In this document: positions 52,246 to 64,000 of the stretch, one piece after another | Position numbering within the stretch: position 1 is the stretch's first letter | How the letters are laid out: the number at the start of each line of letters is the position of its first letter | Source of the DNA: Mobula hypostoma | Taxonomy: Eukaryota | Assembly: GCF_963921235.1 (NCBI RefSeq) | Contig: NC_086101.1 | Location: 12,278,001-12,342,000 of the forward strand | Length of the DNA: 64,000 nt | Direction of reading: 5' to 3' | The notes under the pieces: model-generated | Databases searched by the model: none | The model's input: the letters and a program-made list of their open reading frames with translations, nothing else | What the model was told of the DNA's origin: nothing | Program-made: the position numbers and the translations under genes

Positions 52246-54168
52246 TTAATCCACCTCCTCAATGGTTGGGCCTGAGGAATTGACACGTCCAGCCTGAGAG
52301 CCAAAAGAAGACTCATGGGCTGCTCCTTGGTACAGTTTGGTAATGATGGGATTGCAAACTTTTTCCAGCTCTTTCTGCTTATGCTCAAACTCCTCCTTCT
52401 CTGCCATCTGATTCTTCTCCAGCCAGGATATTGTCTGGTTGCACAGGTCAATGATCTTCCTCTTGTCTTCTTCACTGACCTTATTCCTTAAATTTGCATT
52501 CTCCACAGAGCCCTTCATGTTGAAGGCATAGGACTCCAGGGAGTTCTTGGCTGCAATCTTCTGCCGCTGCATTTCATCCTCATTCTTGTACTTCTCTGCA
52601 TCTTGCACCATCCTGTCAATTTCCTCCTTACTCAGCCTGCCCTTGTCGTTGGTGATGGTGATCTTGTTTGTTTTCCCGGTGCTCTTGTCAACAGCAGAGA
52701 CATTGAGAATGCCATTGGCGTCAATATCGAAGGTCACCTCAATCTGGGGTACGCCACGAGGAGCGGGAGGGATGCCTCTTAACTCAAACTTGCCCAGAAG
52801 ATTGTTGTCCTTGGTCATGGCTCTCTCGCCTTCAAACACCTGAATAAGGACCCCAGGCTGGTTATCAGAGTAGGTGCTGAAGATCTGGGTCTGCTTGGTT
52901 GGGATGGTGGTGTTACGCTTGATAAGGGTGGTCATGACTCCACCTGCCGTCTCCAGCCCCAGTGACAGAGCAGCAACATCCAGGAGTAGCAGATCCTGAA
53001 CATTCTCCGACTTGTCGCCCATCAGAATGGCCGCCTGGACAGCTGCCCCATAGGCCACGGCCTCGTCGGGGTTGATGCTCTTGTTCAGCTCCCTACCGTT
53101 GAAGAAATCTTGCAGCAGCTTCTGGATCTTGGGGATTCGGGTGGAGCCTCCGACCAGGACAATTTCATGGATCTGGGATTTGTCCAGCTTGGCATCTCTC
53201 AGGGCTTTCTCCACTGGCTCCAGAGTGCCCCTGAATAGGTCAGAGTTCAGCTCCTCAAAACGAGCCCTGGTGATTGAGGTGTAGAAATCAATGCCGTCAA
53301 ACAGAGCATCAATCTCAACATCACTCTGGGTGCTGGAAGACAGAGTTCTCTTTGCTCTCTCACAGGCCGTCCGCAGTCTTCTCACCGCTCTCTTGTTCTG
53401 GCTGATGTCTTTCTTGTATTTCCGCTTGAACTCCTCAATGAAATGATTGACCATGCGGTTGTCAAAGTCCTCTCCTCCCAGGTGGGTATCTCCAGCTGTT
53501 GATTTCACTTCAAAGATACCATCATCGATGGAGAGAATGGACACATCGAAAGTGCCACCACCCAGGTCAAAGATGAGAACATTACGCTCCCCTTTACCTT
53601 TCTTGTCCAGACCATAGGCAATGGCAGCTGCTGTTGGCTCATTGATGACACGCAGGACATTGAGACCAGCTATCACACCAGCATCTTTGGTTGCCTGGCG
53701 TTGGGAATCATTGAAGTAAGCAGGAACGGTGATGACAGCGTTGGTGACATTGTAACCAAGGTAAGCCTCAGCAATTTCCTTCATCTTGGTCAGCACCATG
53801 GAGGAGATTTCTTCTGGGTAAAATGTCTTATTCTGCCCCTTGTGCTCCACCTTCACCTTGGGCTTCCCCGCATCACTCACCACCTGGAAGGGCCAGTGCT
53901 TCATGTCAGACTGCACCGTCGGGTCATCAAACCTCCTCCCGATGAGTCGCTTGGCATCAAAGATGGTGTTGGCAGGGTTCATTGACACCTGATTCTTGGC
54001 TGCATCACCGATGAGCCTCTCGGTGTCGTTGAAGGCCACATAGCTGGGGGTGGTGCGGTTGCCCTGGTCATTGGCGATGATCTCCACTTTGCCATGCTGA
54101 AACACCCCTACACAGGAGTAAGTAGTGCCCAGATCTATCCCGATGGCTAATGCTTTTGATCCAGGCAT
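52246..54168 (-). CDS. hsp70: Second intronless cytosolic HSP70, 640 aa
   Basis: All HSP70 signatures, GPTIEEVD end; near-identical core to the first copy at an offset of 18650 bp. Confidence 0.98.
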   Translation of the reverse strand: MPGSKALAIGIDLGTTYSCVGVFQHGKVEIIANDQGNRTTPSYVAFNDTERLIGDAAKNQVSMNPANTIFDAKRLIGRRFDDPTVQSDMKHWPFQVVSDAGKPKVKVEHKGQNKTFYPEEISSMVLTKMKEIAEAYLGYNVTNAVITVPAYFNDSQRQATKDAGVIAGLNVLRVINEPTAAAIAYGLDKKGKGERNVLIFDLGGGTFDVSILSIDDGIFEVKSTAGDTHLGGEDFDNRMVNHFIEEFKRKYKKDISQNKRAVRRLRTACERAKRTLSSSTQSDVEIDALFDGIDFYTSITRARFEELNSDLFRGTLEPVEKALRDAKLDKSQIHEIVLVGGSTRIPKIQKLLQDFFNGRELNKSINPDEAVAYGAAVQAAILMGDKSENVQDLLLLDVAALSLGLETAGGVMTTLIKRNTTIPTKQTQIFSTYSDNQPGVLIQVFEGERAMTKDNNLLGKFELRGIPPAPRGVPQIEVTFDIDANGILNVSAVDKSTGKTNKITITNDKGRLSKEEIDRMVQDAEKYKNEDEMQRQKIAAKNSLESYAFNMKGSVENANLRNKVSEEDKRKIIDLCNQTISWLEKNQMAEKEEFEHKQKELEKVCNPIITKLYQGAAHESSFGSQAGRVNSSGPTIEEVD

Positions 54169-54279
54169 ATCTGTCTCTCAGGTAATGTCATCTATATTCC
54201 GTCTTCTCTGCTGTTGCAATGGATTCTACAACTTTCAGTGCGTCTCTTCCCCAATAGCGCCTTTCCTGAAGTATGATAT

Positions 54280-54540
54280 TTCGCTTCCCACCGTCCTTTT
54301 GCGTGGCGGCAGCTCAGTGTCGTAGGCGGCGCTCTGATTGTTATTGCCGCCGGCAGCAGCCAATCAGGGCGCAAGGTGTTAAGATCATTCCCGAGGTTTG
54401 GGGCGGGTTTCGGGGCTGCGATCAATGGCAGCGTGACTGGACGCCCGGAGCCGGAGAAGATGAAAATTGCGAGTGGGCGAGGGTAGTGGAAAGCTGGTGA
54501 GGTGCGAGAGCAGTAGCGCCGGGAACTGGACATGGGGTGG
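54280..54540. promoter_or_regulatory. TATA-less CpG-rich promoter with CCAAT and GC boxes, possibly bidirectional
   Basis: agccaatcag near 54358, ggggcggg near 54400; no TATA or multi-unit HSE seen; plus-strand donor CTG|gtgagg at 54496/54497. Confidence 0.6.
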
Positions 54541-55039
54541 CCATGTGACTCTGATCAGCAGGGGCTGGAACTAATCAGTTCCAGTTTTGCCTCTCGGATC
54601 TTCTATTATCAGATCAATTTAGTCATCTAGTGAAGAGCGATACACACTTCGCCCCCAGATAGTGTAGATGTTGGAAATCTAAAATAGAAACAGAGACATA
54701 GCAAGCCTGGCTGCTTTATTGAAAGTAGAAACATTGTATATGCTTCTGGTCCATTACCTTTCCTCGGGGCTTGCAAAAGCCACCTGAATTCCCCATCTCA
54801 CTCCGACCTCTCTTTACTTTTGACCTGATGTACTGTTCCAACAAGTTCCAAGTTAGGCTTGAGGTACAACTTTCCAGTTTTGGTGAAACCTATTGCTGCT
54901 TTCCAGACTCCATAAAAACTAAGAGTAGGCTCCTTACATTCCTAACATCAGAATCAGAATCAGGTTTAATAATATTGGCATGTGTTGCGACATTTGTTGT
55001 TACGTGGCAGCAGTACGCTGCAATCAATGTTCCCTCTAA

Positions 55040-57490
55040 CTTGCAATTTCTGAGAAGCAAGATCTCCAGGGTAGTAATTACTGGATTGCTACCGCTGCCA
55101 TGTGCCAGTGAGGGTAGGAACAGGATGACTTGTCAGATAAATACATGGCTGAGAAGCTGGTGCAGGAGGTAGTGCGTCAGGTTCTTAAATCATTGGAATC
55201 TCTTCTGGGGGATGTATGACTTGTACAAAAGGGACAAGTTGCACCTGACCCTGAGGGGCACCAATATTCTCGTGGGCAGGTTTGTTAGAACTGTTGGGGA
55301 AGGTTTAAACTAATTTGGCAGGGAGAATGGGAACTGGAATGAAGGGACTTAGGATAGGACCTTTAGAGGAAAGTGATCATGATATGATTGAATTCACCCT
55401 GAAATTTGAGAAGGAGGAACTAAAGTCAGGTGTATCAGATGTAGTCAAGGATTAGTGCAGTATCAGTGTAAATGTATCATTGGAGTAAAGGGAATTACAG
55501 AGACATGAGAAAGGAGTAGGCCAAAATTATTTGGAAAAGAACACTGGCAGGGATGATGGCAGGACAGCAATGGCTGGTATCTCTGGAAGCAAATTAGAAG
55601 GCACAGGATATATACATCCTAAAGAGGAAGAAGTATTCTAAAGGAAAGATGACACAACTGTAGCTAACAAGAGAAGACGTAGCTAACAAGAGAAGACAAA
55701 GCCAACATAAAAGCCAAAGAGAGAACATATAATAAAGCAAAAACAGTGGGAATTTAGATGATAGGGAAGCTTTTAATAACAAACAAAAGGTAACTAAGAA
55801 GTCATTAAGAAGGTAAAGATGGAATATGAAAGTTAGCTAGCCAGTCTCTCTCTCTCTAGCTATCCATCCCATAGGATGATGATGGTTCGTTTCAGTCAGT
55901 TAGTGGGGTTTATACCCCACTCAGAAGGGAACAGCATGTGCGTGAATAGATTTTAGGTGAGTGGGGGGTTGTGCAGGTCCAGACCCACCCTCTCGATATC
56001 CCCTCCCGGATCCAGCAGCATGGTGGGGTCCAAGACAGCTGGGGGAAGTTCTGTTGCAGTGAATGGTCAGACCAAGCTTCGATGCAAGGGATGCCCTTTC
56101 CGTGCTTCACGGCACGTGTTTGCTAGATGGCCATTGACCCTACGAGAGGGTTCATCCGCCCTTTGACAGGTCTTGTTTTTTGTCCTGCAGGGTGTCTAGC
56201 AGCATGGTTTCCTCAAAATCAGCATGGTTTCCTCAAGGGAAAATCTTGCCTGATGATCCTGTTGGAGTTCTTTGAGGAGGTTACAAGTAGGATAGATACA
56301 GGGGATGCAGAGGATGTTGTATATTTGGACTTTCAGAAGGCCTTGGACAAGGTGCCTCAAATGAAGCCGCTTACCATGTTAAGAGCCTATGATATTACAG
56401 GAAAGTTACTGACATGCTTAGAGCATTTTCTGATTGGTAGGAGGCAGCAAGTGGTAACAAAAGGATCCTTTTCTGGGTGGCTGCCGGTAACCAATGGTAT
56501 TCTGCAAGGGTTGTTGTTAGAATTGCTTCTTTTTAATGCTGTATATAAATTATTTAGATGATGGAATAGATGGCTTTGTGCCAAGTTTTCAGTTGATATG
56601 AAAATTGGTGAAAGGGCAGGTAGTATTGAGGAAATAGGTAGACTGCACAAGGATTTAGACAGATTAGGAGAATGGGCAAGAAAATAGCAAATGAAATATA
56701 ATGTTGGAAAATGCACGGTCATGAACTTTGGCAGAAGAAATAAATGCGCAGACTATTTTATAAATCAGAGAAAAATTCTAAAAATCTGAGATGCAAAGGG
56801 ACTTGCAAGTTCTTGTGCAGAACACCCTAAAGGTTAACTTGCAGGTTGAGTCAGTGGTGAGAAAGGCTAGTGCAATGTTAGTACTCGTTTCAAGAGGTCT
56901 AGAATACAAAAGCAGATATGGTGCTGAGTCTTTACAAGGCACTGGTGAGGCCTTCTCTTAAGAACTGTGAACAGTTTGGGTTCCTTATCTAAGAAATGAT
57001 GTGCTGGCTTTGGGGAGGGTTCAGAGGAGATTCACAAGGAATGAAAAGGTTATTATACGAGGAATGTTTGACGGCTCTGAGTCTGTACTCACTGGAATTT
57101 AGAAGGAGGGGATCTCATTGAAACCTTTCGAATGTTCAAAGGCCTAGACAAAGTAGATGTAGAAACGATGTTCCCCATGGTGGGCAGTCTCCGACAAGAG
57201 GGCTCAGCCTCAGGGTAGAGGGGCATCCATTTAAAACAGAGATGCCGAGAAATTTCTTTAGCCAGAGGGTGGTAAATTTGTTACCACAGGCAGCTGTGGA
57301 GGCCAGTTTATTGGGTGTATTTAAAGAGGAGATTGATAGGTTCTTGATTGGCCACGGCATCGTTATGGAGAGAAGGCTGGGAAGTGGGGCTCAGGAGGGG
57401 AAAGAAGGATCAGCCATGATTGAATGGCAGAGCAGACTCAATGGGGCAAATGGCCTAATTCTGCTCCTACGTCTTATGGTCTTATGGTAA
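55040..57490 (+). mobile_element. Degenerate CR1 LINE with a nested insert (~55845-56200)
   Basis: ORF1 esterase-like remnant, QHGFLKGKSC and YLDFQKA motifs, cttatggt tail. Confidence 0.85.
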
Positions 57491-58289
57491 TGACCAGTGT
57501 GCACAAAATTCTTGCGCCGTGCAATTTTTTCCCAGTGACAACAACATGTGTGCACTGAATAATTTTCTTCGATAAAAACAGTATAAATATGCCAGTTCTA
57601 AAATCTGCAGACAAATCATTGAGAACTCCACGTTGTCAACACTGTCTGCATCAGAAATCGGAAAAAGAAATGTGATTGTGTATAATTGAGAAATATACTT
57701 AACATGCCAGTGAGGTAGAGTGGTGCATTTAGAGATTGGATGGTATGATTTGACATGTCAACAAATACACTCAAAAAGTTCTATAGATGTACCATGGAGA
57801 ACATTCTGACAGGCTGTATCACTGTCTGGTGTTGGGGGGGGGGGGGGTGCTACACAGGACCGAAAAAAGCTGCAGAGGGTTGTAAATCTAGTCAGCTCCA
57901 TCTTGGGTACTAGCCTCTTCAGGGAGCGGTGTCTCAGAAAGGCAGCATTCATTATCAAGGACGTCCAGCACCCAGGGCATGCCCATTTCCCACTGTTACC
58001 ATCAGGTAGCAGGTACAGAAGCCTGAAGGCACACACTCAGTGATTCAGGAACAGCTTCTTCCCCTCTGCCATCCGATTCCTAAATGGACATTGAACCCTT
58101 GGACACTACCTCACTTTTTTTTAATATACCGTATCTCTGTTTTTTGCATGTTTTTAATCTCTTCAATATATGTATATTACTTATTATTTTTATTTCATTT
58201 ATTATTTTAAAAAAATATTCTGTATTGAATTGAACTGCTGCTGAGTTAACAAATTTCACGTCACATGTCGGTGATAATAAATCTGATTC

Positions 58290-60112
58290 TGACGTTGTGG
58301 GCTTCACAGGGTCGTGGCTGAAAGAAAGTCATAGTTGGGAGTTTAACATCAAAGGATATACTTTATATCGAAAGGTAGGCAGGAAGGCATAGACGGTGGT
58401 GTGGCTTTATTAGTAAGAGATGGAATTACATCTTTAGAAAGAGATGACATAGGGTCAAGAATGCCAATCTTTATGGGTGGAGTTAAGAAACTGCAAGGGT
58501 AAAAAAAATATTATAGGAAATTATATATAGGCCTCCAAAGAGTATCCAAGATGTGGGGTTGAGATTGAAAAGGGAGCTGGAAAAGGCATGTAATAAGGGT
58601 AATGTCACAATTGTAATGGGGGACTTACTTCAATATACAAGGATATTGGCAAAATTAGGTTGGTGTCAAATCACACGAGAGGGAATTTGTTGAATGCCTA
58701 CGAGATGGCTTTTTAGAGCAGCTTGTGTTCAAGCCTGCTGAGGAAAGGCTATCTTAGATTGGTGTTGTGTAATAATCCAGACTGTACTAGTCAGCTTAAC
58801 GTAAAGGAACCCTTAGAAGGCAGTGATCATAATATGATTGAATTCATACTGCATTTTGAGGGGGAGAAGCACAAGTCAGATATATCAGTATCGCAATGGA
58901 ATAAAGTGAATTACAGAGGCATGAGAGAGGAGCTTGCCCAGGTGGATTGGAGGGGATACTGGCGGGGATGATGGCAGAACAGAGGTGGCTGAAGATTTTG
59001 AATATAGTTTACAAGGTGCAGGATAGATCTGTCCCACAGAAGAAGTTGTTCTCAAACAGCAGGGCTAGGCAACCGCAGCTGACAAGGGAAGTTAAGGACT
59101 GCATAAAAGCCAAGGAAAGGGCATATCAGGTTGCAAAAGTGAGTGGGAAGTTGGATGATTGCGAAGATTTTAAAATCCAACAAAAGGCAACTAAAAAAGC
59201 TGTAAGAAGGGAAAAGATGAAATATGAGGGCAAACTAGCTGATAATATAAAGCAGGATACGGAAAGTTTATTTTCAGTTATATAAAGAGCAAAAGGCAAG
59301 TGAGACTTGATATTGGGCCACTGGAAAATAATGCTGGTGAGGTAGTAATGGGGGACAAAGAAATGGCAGATGAAAGTACTAAGTACTTTGCTTCATTCTT
59401 TACTGTGGAAGACACTAACTGTATGCCAGAGGCCCGTGAGTGTCAGGGAGCAGGAGTGAGTGCCATTGCTATTACAATGGAAAAAGTGCTGGACAAACTG
59501 AAAGGTCTCAAGGTGGATAAGTCAGCTAGACCAGATGGACTAAATCCCAGAGTCCTGAGAGAGGTTGCTGAAGAGGTAATGGGTGCATTGGTCATGATCT
59601 TTCAAGAATCACTTGATTCTGGCATGGTACCGGAGGACTGGAAAATTGCAAATGTCACTCCACTCTTTAAGAAGAGAGGAAGGCAAAAGAAAGGAACTGA
59701 TAGGCCAGTTAGCCTAACCTCAGTGGTTGGGAAGGTGTTGGAGTAGGAACGAGGTTTCAGGGTACTTGGATACTAATGATAAAATTAGTCAAAGTCAGCA
59801 TGTGAAGGGAAATCTTGCCTGACAAATCTGTTAGAGTACTTCGAGGAATTAACAAGCAGGGTGGACAAAAGGGACACAGTGAATGTCATTTACTTAGATT
59901 TTCTGAAGGCATTTGATAAGATGCCTCACATGAGGCTGCTTAACAAGATAAAATCCTGTGGTGTTACCGGAAATATACTGGCATGGATAGAGGAATGGCT
60001 GACAGGCAGAAGGCAGTAAGTGGGAATAAAGGGGGCCTTTTCTGGTTGGCTGTCAGGGGTCAGGATTGGGACAGCTACTTTTCACATTGTTTGTCAATGA
60101 CTTAGATAGTGG
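58290..60112 (+). mobile_element. Degenerate CR1 ORF2 (endonuclease to RT)
   Basis: GSDHNMIEF, PDGLNPRVLRE and RPVSLTSVVGK motifs. Confidence 0.9.
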
Positions 60113-60364
60113 AAGTGAATCCTCTCCACAGTACAACTGTAGAAATTTGCGAGTGCCTTTGATGACATTGCAAATCTACTCAAACTCCTATCCATTTCTT
60201 GAACCAACCAACATACCCTATTCACTACCTCAGAAAAGCAAAACTTTACACTAAAATGGACCTTGTATTTTTTTTCTGTCCAATTGTGTTCTCTTGAATA
60301 ATGTTATATAATTTATGGCTAATGTATGTTTTTCTTGTGAATGTTTTCTCTGTAAAACCCATAG

Positions 60365-61200
60365 AACCTGGTGGCATGGTGCGAAGACAATAACCTATCC
60401 CTCAACGTCAGCAAGACGAAGGAATTGGTTGTTGACTTCAGAAGGAGTAGCGGACTGCATGACCCAATTTACATCGGTGGTGCGCAAGTGAAACAGGTCA
60501 AAAGCCTTAAGTTCCTTGGGGCCAATATCACAAATGACTTGACTTGGTCCAACCAAGCAGAGTTCACTGCCAAGAAGGCCCATCAGCACCTTTACTTCCT
60601 GAGAAAAGTAAAGAAATTTGGCCTGTCCCCTAAAACGCTCACTAATTTTTATACATGCACTGTAGAAAGCATTCTTCTAGGGTGCATCACAACCTGGTAT
60701 GGAAGCTGTCCTGAAGACCGAAAGAAGCTGCAGAAGATCATGAACACGGTGCAGCACATCACACAAACCAATCTTCCATCCTTGGACTCACTTTACACCA
60801 CACGCTGTCGGAGCAGTGTTGCCAGGATAATCAAGGACACGACCCACCCAGCCAACACACTTTTCATCCCTCTTCCCTCCGGAAGAAGGCTCAGGAGCTT
60901 GAAGACTCGTTTGGCCAGATTTGGAAACAGCTTTTTTCCAACTGTGATAAGACTGCTGAACGGATCCTGACCCGGATCTGGGCCGTACCCTCCAAATATC
61001 CGGACCTGCCTCTCGGATTTTTTCCACTACCTTACTTTCCATTTTTCTATTTTCTATTTATGATTTATAAATTAAAATTTTAATATTTACTATTTTTAAT
61101 ACTTAATATTTGTAATCCAGGGAGTGGGAAGTGCAGAATCAAATATCGCTGTGATGATTGTACGTTCTAGTATCAATTGTTTGGCAACAATAAAGTATAA
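60365..61200 (+). mobile_element. Rex1/Babar-like LINE 3' end; related copy at 38850-39380 (minus)
   Basis: NVSKTKELVVDFRR motif; 3' UTR shared with 38850-39110. Confidence 0.9.
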
Positions 61201-61709
61201 AAATGTGTCTGTGATGGTGCTGCAAGTTTTTCATTGCTCAATTTGAGATGAAGGATTTCAGTTTCAAGGTTTGACTAGAAAACCTAGGTTATTCTCCTGG
61301 TTTATCTGAGAGATAAACGGCGCCATGATGGGTTTAGGTGGGGTAAATAGAGGGAATTTGTTCTCAGTAGCAGTTAATTCCCTGGAATGTAGGAGATTGA
61401 GAGGTGATCTGGTAGATGTATACAAAATTATGAGGGGTATAGACAGAGTGAAAGCATATTGTCTTTTTCCCCCAGGGAGGGGGTGCTAAAAACAAGAGGG
61501 CAGAGGTCTACGATCAGAGGGAAAAAAATTAAAACATAAGAGCAAACAACAGGAATTCTGCAGATGCTGGAAATTCAAGCAACACACACAAATGTTGCTG
61601 GTGAACGCAGCAGGCCAAGCAGCATCTCTAGGAAGAGGTGCAGTTGACGTTTCAGGCCGAGACCCTTCGTCAGGACATAACATAACAGAGGCAGTTTCCT
61701 CATGTTAAA

Positions 61710-62227
61710 GTTGCACCATAAATAATAAATAGTAATAGAACCATAAATAGTTAAATAGTAATATGTAAATTATGCCAGTAAATTATGAAATAAGTCCAGG
61801 ACCAGCCTATTGGCTCAGGGTGTCTGACCCTCCAAGGGAGGAGTTGTAAAGTTTGATGGCCACAGGCAGGAATGACTTCCTATGACACTCTGTGTTGCAT
61901 CTCGGTGGAATGAGTCTCTGGCTGAATGTACTCCTGTGCCCACCCAGTACATTATGTAGTGGATGGGAGACATTGACCAAGATGGCATGCAACTTAGACA
62001 GCACCCTCTTTTCAGACACCACCATCAGAGAGTCCAGTTCCATCCCCCCAATATCACTGGCCTTAAGAATGAGTTTGTTGATCCTGTCGGTGTCTGCTAC
62101 CCTCAGCCTGCTGCCCCAGCACACAACAGCAAACATGCTAGCACTGGCCACCACAGACTCGTAGAACATCCTCAGCATCGTCCGGCAGATGTTAAAGGAC
62201 GTCAGTCTCCTCAGGAAATAGAGACGC
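61710..62227 (-). mobile_element. Rex1/Babar 3' fragment, same family as 47340-48762
   Basis: Near-identical C-terminal translation. Confidence 0.9.
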
Positions 62228-64000
62228 TAATGGCCAAATGCAGGCAGTTTGGACAGCTTGCTGGGTCAAACAGGTGGCATGGGTCTTTGGGCTGAAGGAT
62301 CTGCTTCCAAGCACTGTTCAAGTACTGCATATTACAGAGCACAGAATGTGAGAAAATACAAGGGGGATGAGAGGGACAACTGTTTTGTGCAGTTTAATGA
62401 TGATCTAAAACTCACTACCCATAGCAGAAGCTGAATTAATCAGGTTCTTCAAAGGGAATTGGATAGATGAGAATAAACTCTATGAGTGCAGAGTAAGAGT
62501 GGAACAATTAATGCACTAGGAGATGGCATAGACTCAAATGGGCAAATGGCTTTTCCTGAGCAATAATGATGCTGTGCATTAGCTACCATATAAACGAGTG
62601 TCAGGTTTTTCAGTCAATTACTTCACTGCTACTTCCCACTGCCCCGGTGCAAGGTTTGATCAATGGGAAGCCATTCTAACCATTTAGGTGTAACCATCAG
62701 TTTTAGATCTCAAGGGCAGAGTAGCAAATGGTGGTGCAGGCTCGAAGGGCCGAATGGCCTACTCCTGCACCTATTTTCTATGTTTCTATGTTTCTAAGTC
62801 ATCTGGGTTCACTGCCATTATCTGGTCATTAAGGAAATAGATGCTTGTGGAATAGGGTCAGACTTGGTTTTGCTTGGTGGGATGATTTTTAATAGGACCA
62901 ATCCATGGTGGAGTTCAATTGGAGGGTCAAGTTAGACTCACTCTCTCTCCACTTGAAATGAACTCTTACTGTATAACGCAGAGGTCATCGTTAAATACTG
63001 GATGGGCAGCACCATGGTGCAGCTATTGGAGATGCTACCACACAGTGCCAAAGATCCCGAACTTGAGGACTGTCTGTGTGGAGTTTGCAAGTTCACCCTG
63101 TGACCACGCAGGTTTCCCATAGATGATCCATTTTCCACTTACATTAAAAAAAACATGGGAATTAGTAAGCTAATTGCAACTGTAAATTGGCCCTAGCGTG
63201 CAAGCAAGAGTAGATCATTGGGGGAGTTGATGGAAATGTGGGTGAAAAATATGATTAATGTAGGTTTAGTACAGATGGGTGGTTGATGGCGCAGGCTTGA
63301 TCGGCCGAGGAGCCTGTTTCTATGCATGACTCTCAGCAGCTTGAGGTAAAGTATCTTTTTTAAAATGAAACTTGTCTGTTTCTCCATGACTATCTAAATA
63401 CGGCAAAGCATGGTGCTTCTAAATACAAAACCATCCAACCAAAATTTGAGATATTCTAAACAACCCTGTCAAGAAATAGACATGAGCTCAACCGATCGTA
63501 GTTGCAGCTATTTTAATATCAGAACAAAGTCATTTACAATCATGCCTTTATTGCAAAAGTAATATTTCTACAACATTGTAATAAAACAGATTGATTTATG
63601 TTCCCAAAAATTAAAAAGCTGCTATTAAAAAACAGCTAATTTAGTGCACATTAGTATAAGTTTCTGACATAATATTTTCAAAGCTGATTGATTGACTGCA
63701 TTACAAATTTTTGTACTATTGCTATGACATTTGCCCTGAAGCAGCCTCTACACTTCCCATGAGAATGTCAATCAAATGAATTAATGCAAGTTTAAATTAG
63801 TTCAGCTACTAATTCCTGTGCCATTCTTACAAGGAATTACTAATGCATGGATGATTGTCTCCATTCTCCTATCTTAAAACCACAATCAAATCCAATTTAG
63901 TTTTGACTGTTGCAATTGGCAGTTTCAGCCCCATGGTATGCACATGGTTAGATTGTTTAAACACTACCAGACAAAGGTGGAACTTACTGCTTGAATTTTA

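Noticed and set aside
54459..54486. Plus-strand ATG as the start of LSM2 or another protein gene
   Set aside because: Stops after 8 codons (MKIASGRG*); no recognisable protein similarity

Overview
Repeat-rich vertebrate DNA. The repeat families (CR1, Rex1/Babar-like LINEs, Penelope elements, V-SINE-like SINEs, Tc1) suggest a cartilaginous fish, probably a ray; this is inference. Two intact intronless cytosolic HSP70 genes lie on the minus strand (33596-35518 and 52246-54168). They are nearly identical centrally but have very different promoters: one has TATA plus heat-shock elements, the other is TATA-less with CCAAT/GC boxes. Reading between the repeats, I found features the ORF track does not resolve. 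These are four phase-1 exons of an NPDC1-like gene on the minus strand, including a signal-peptide first exon placed downstream of the Cys-rich exon. Head-to-head with it is an orphan POU5 (Oct4-class) POU-specific-domain exon with a possible start-less exon-1 relic; I found no exons 3-5. The NPDC1-like / POU5 / HSP70 order points to the MHC-linked POU5F1 locus in an apparently decayed state. Penelope-derived repeats carry minimal hammerhead ribozyme motifs. TE boundaries are approximate unless a TSD or TIR is quoted.
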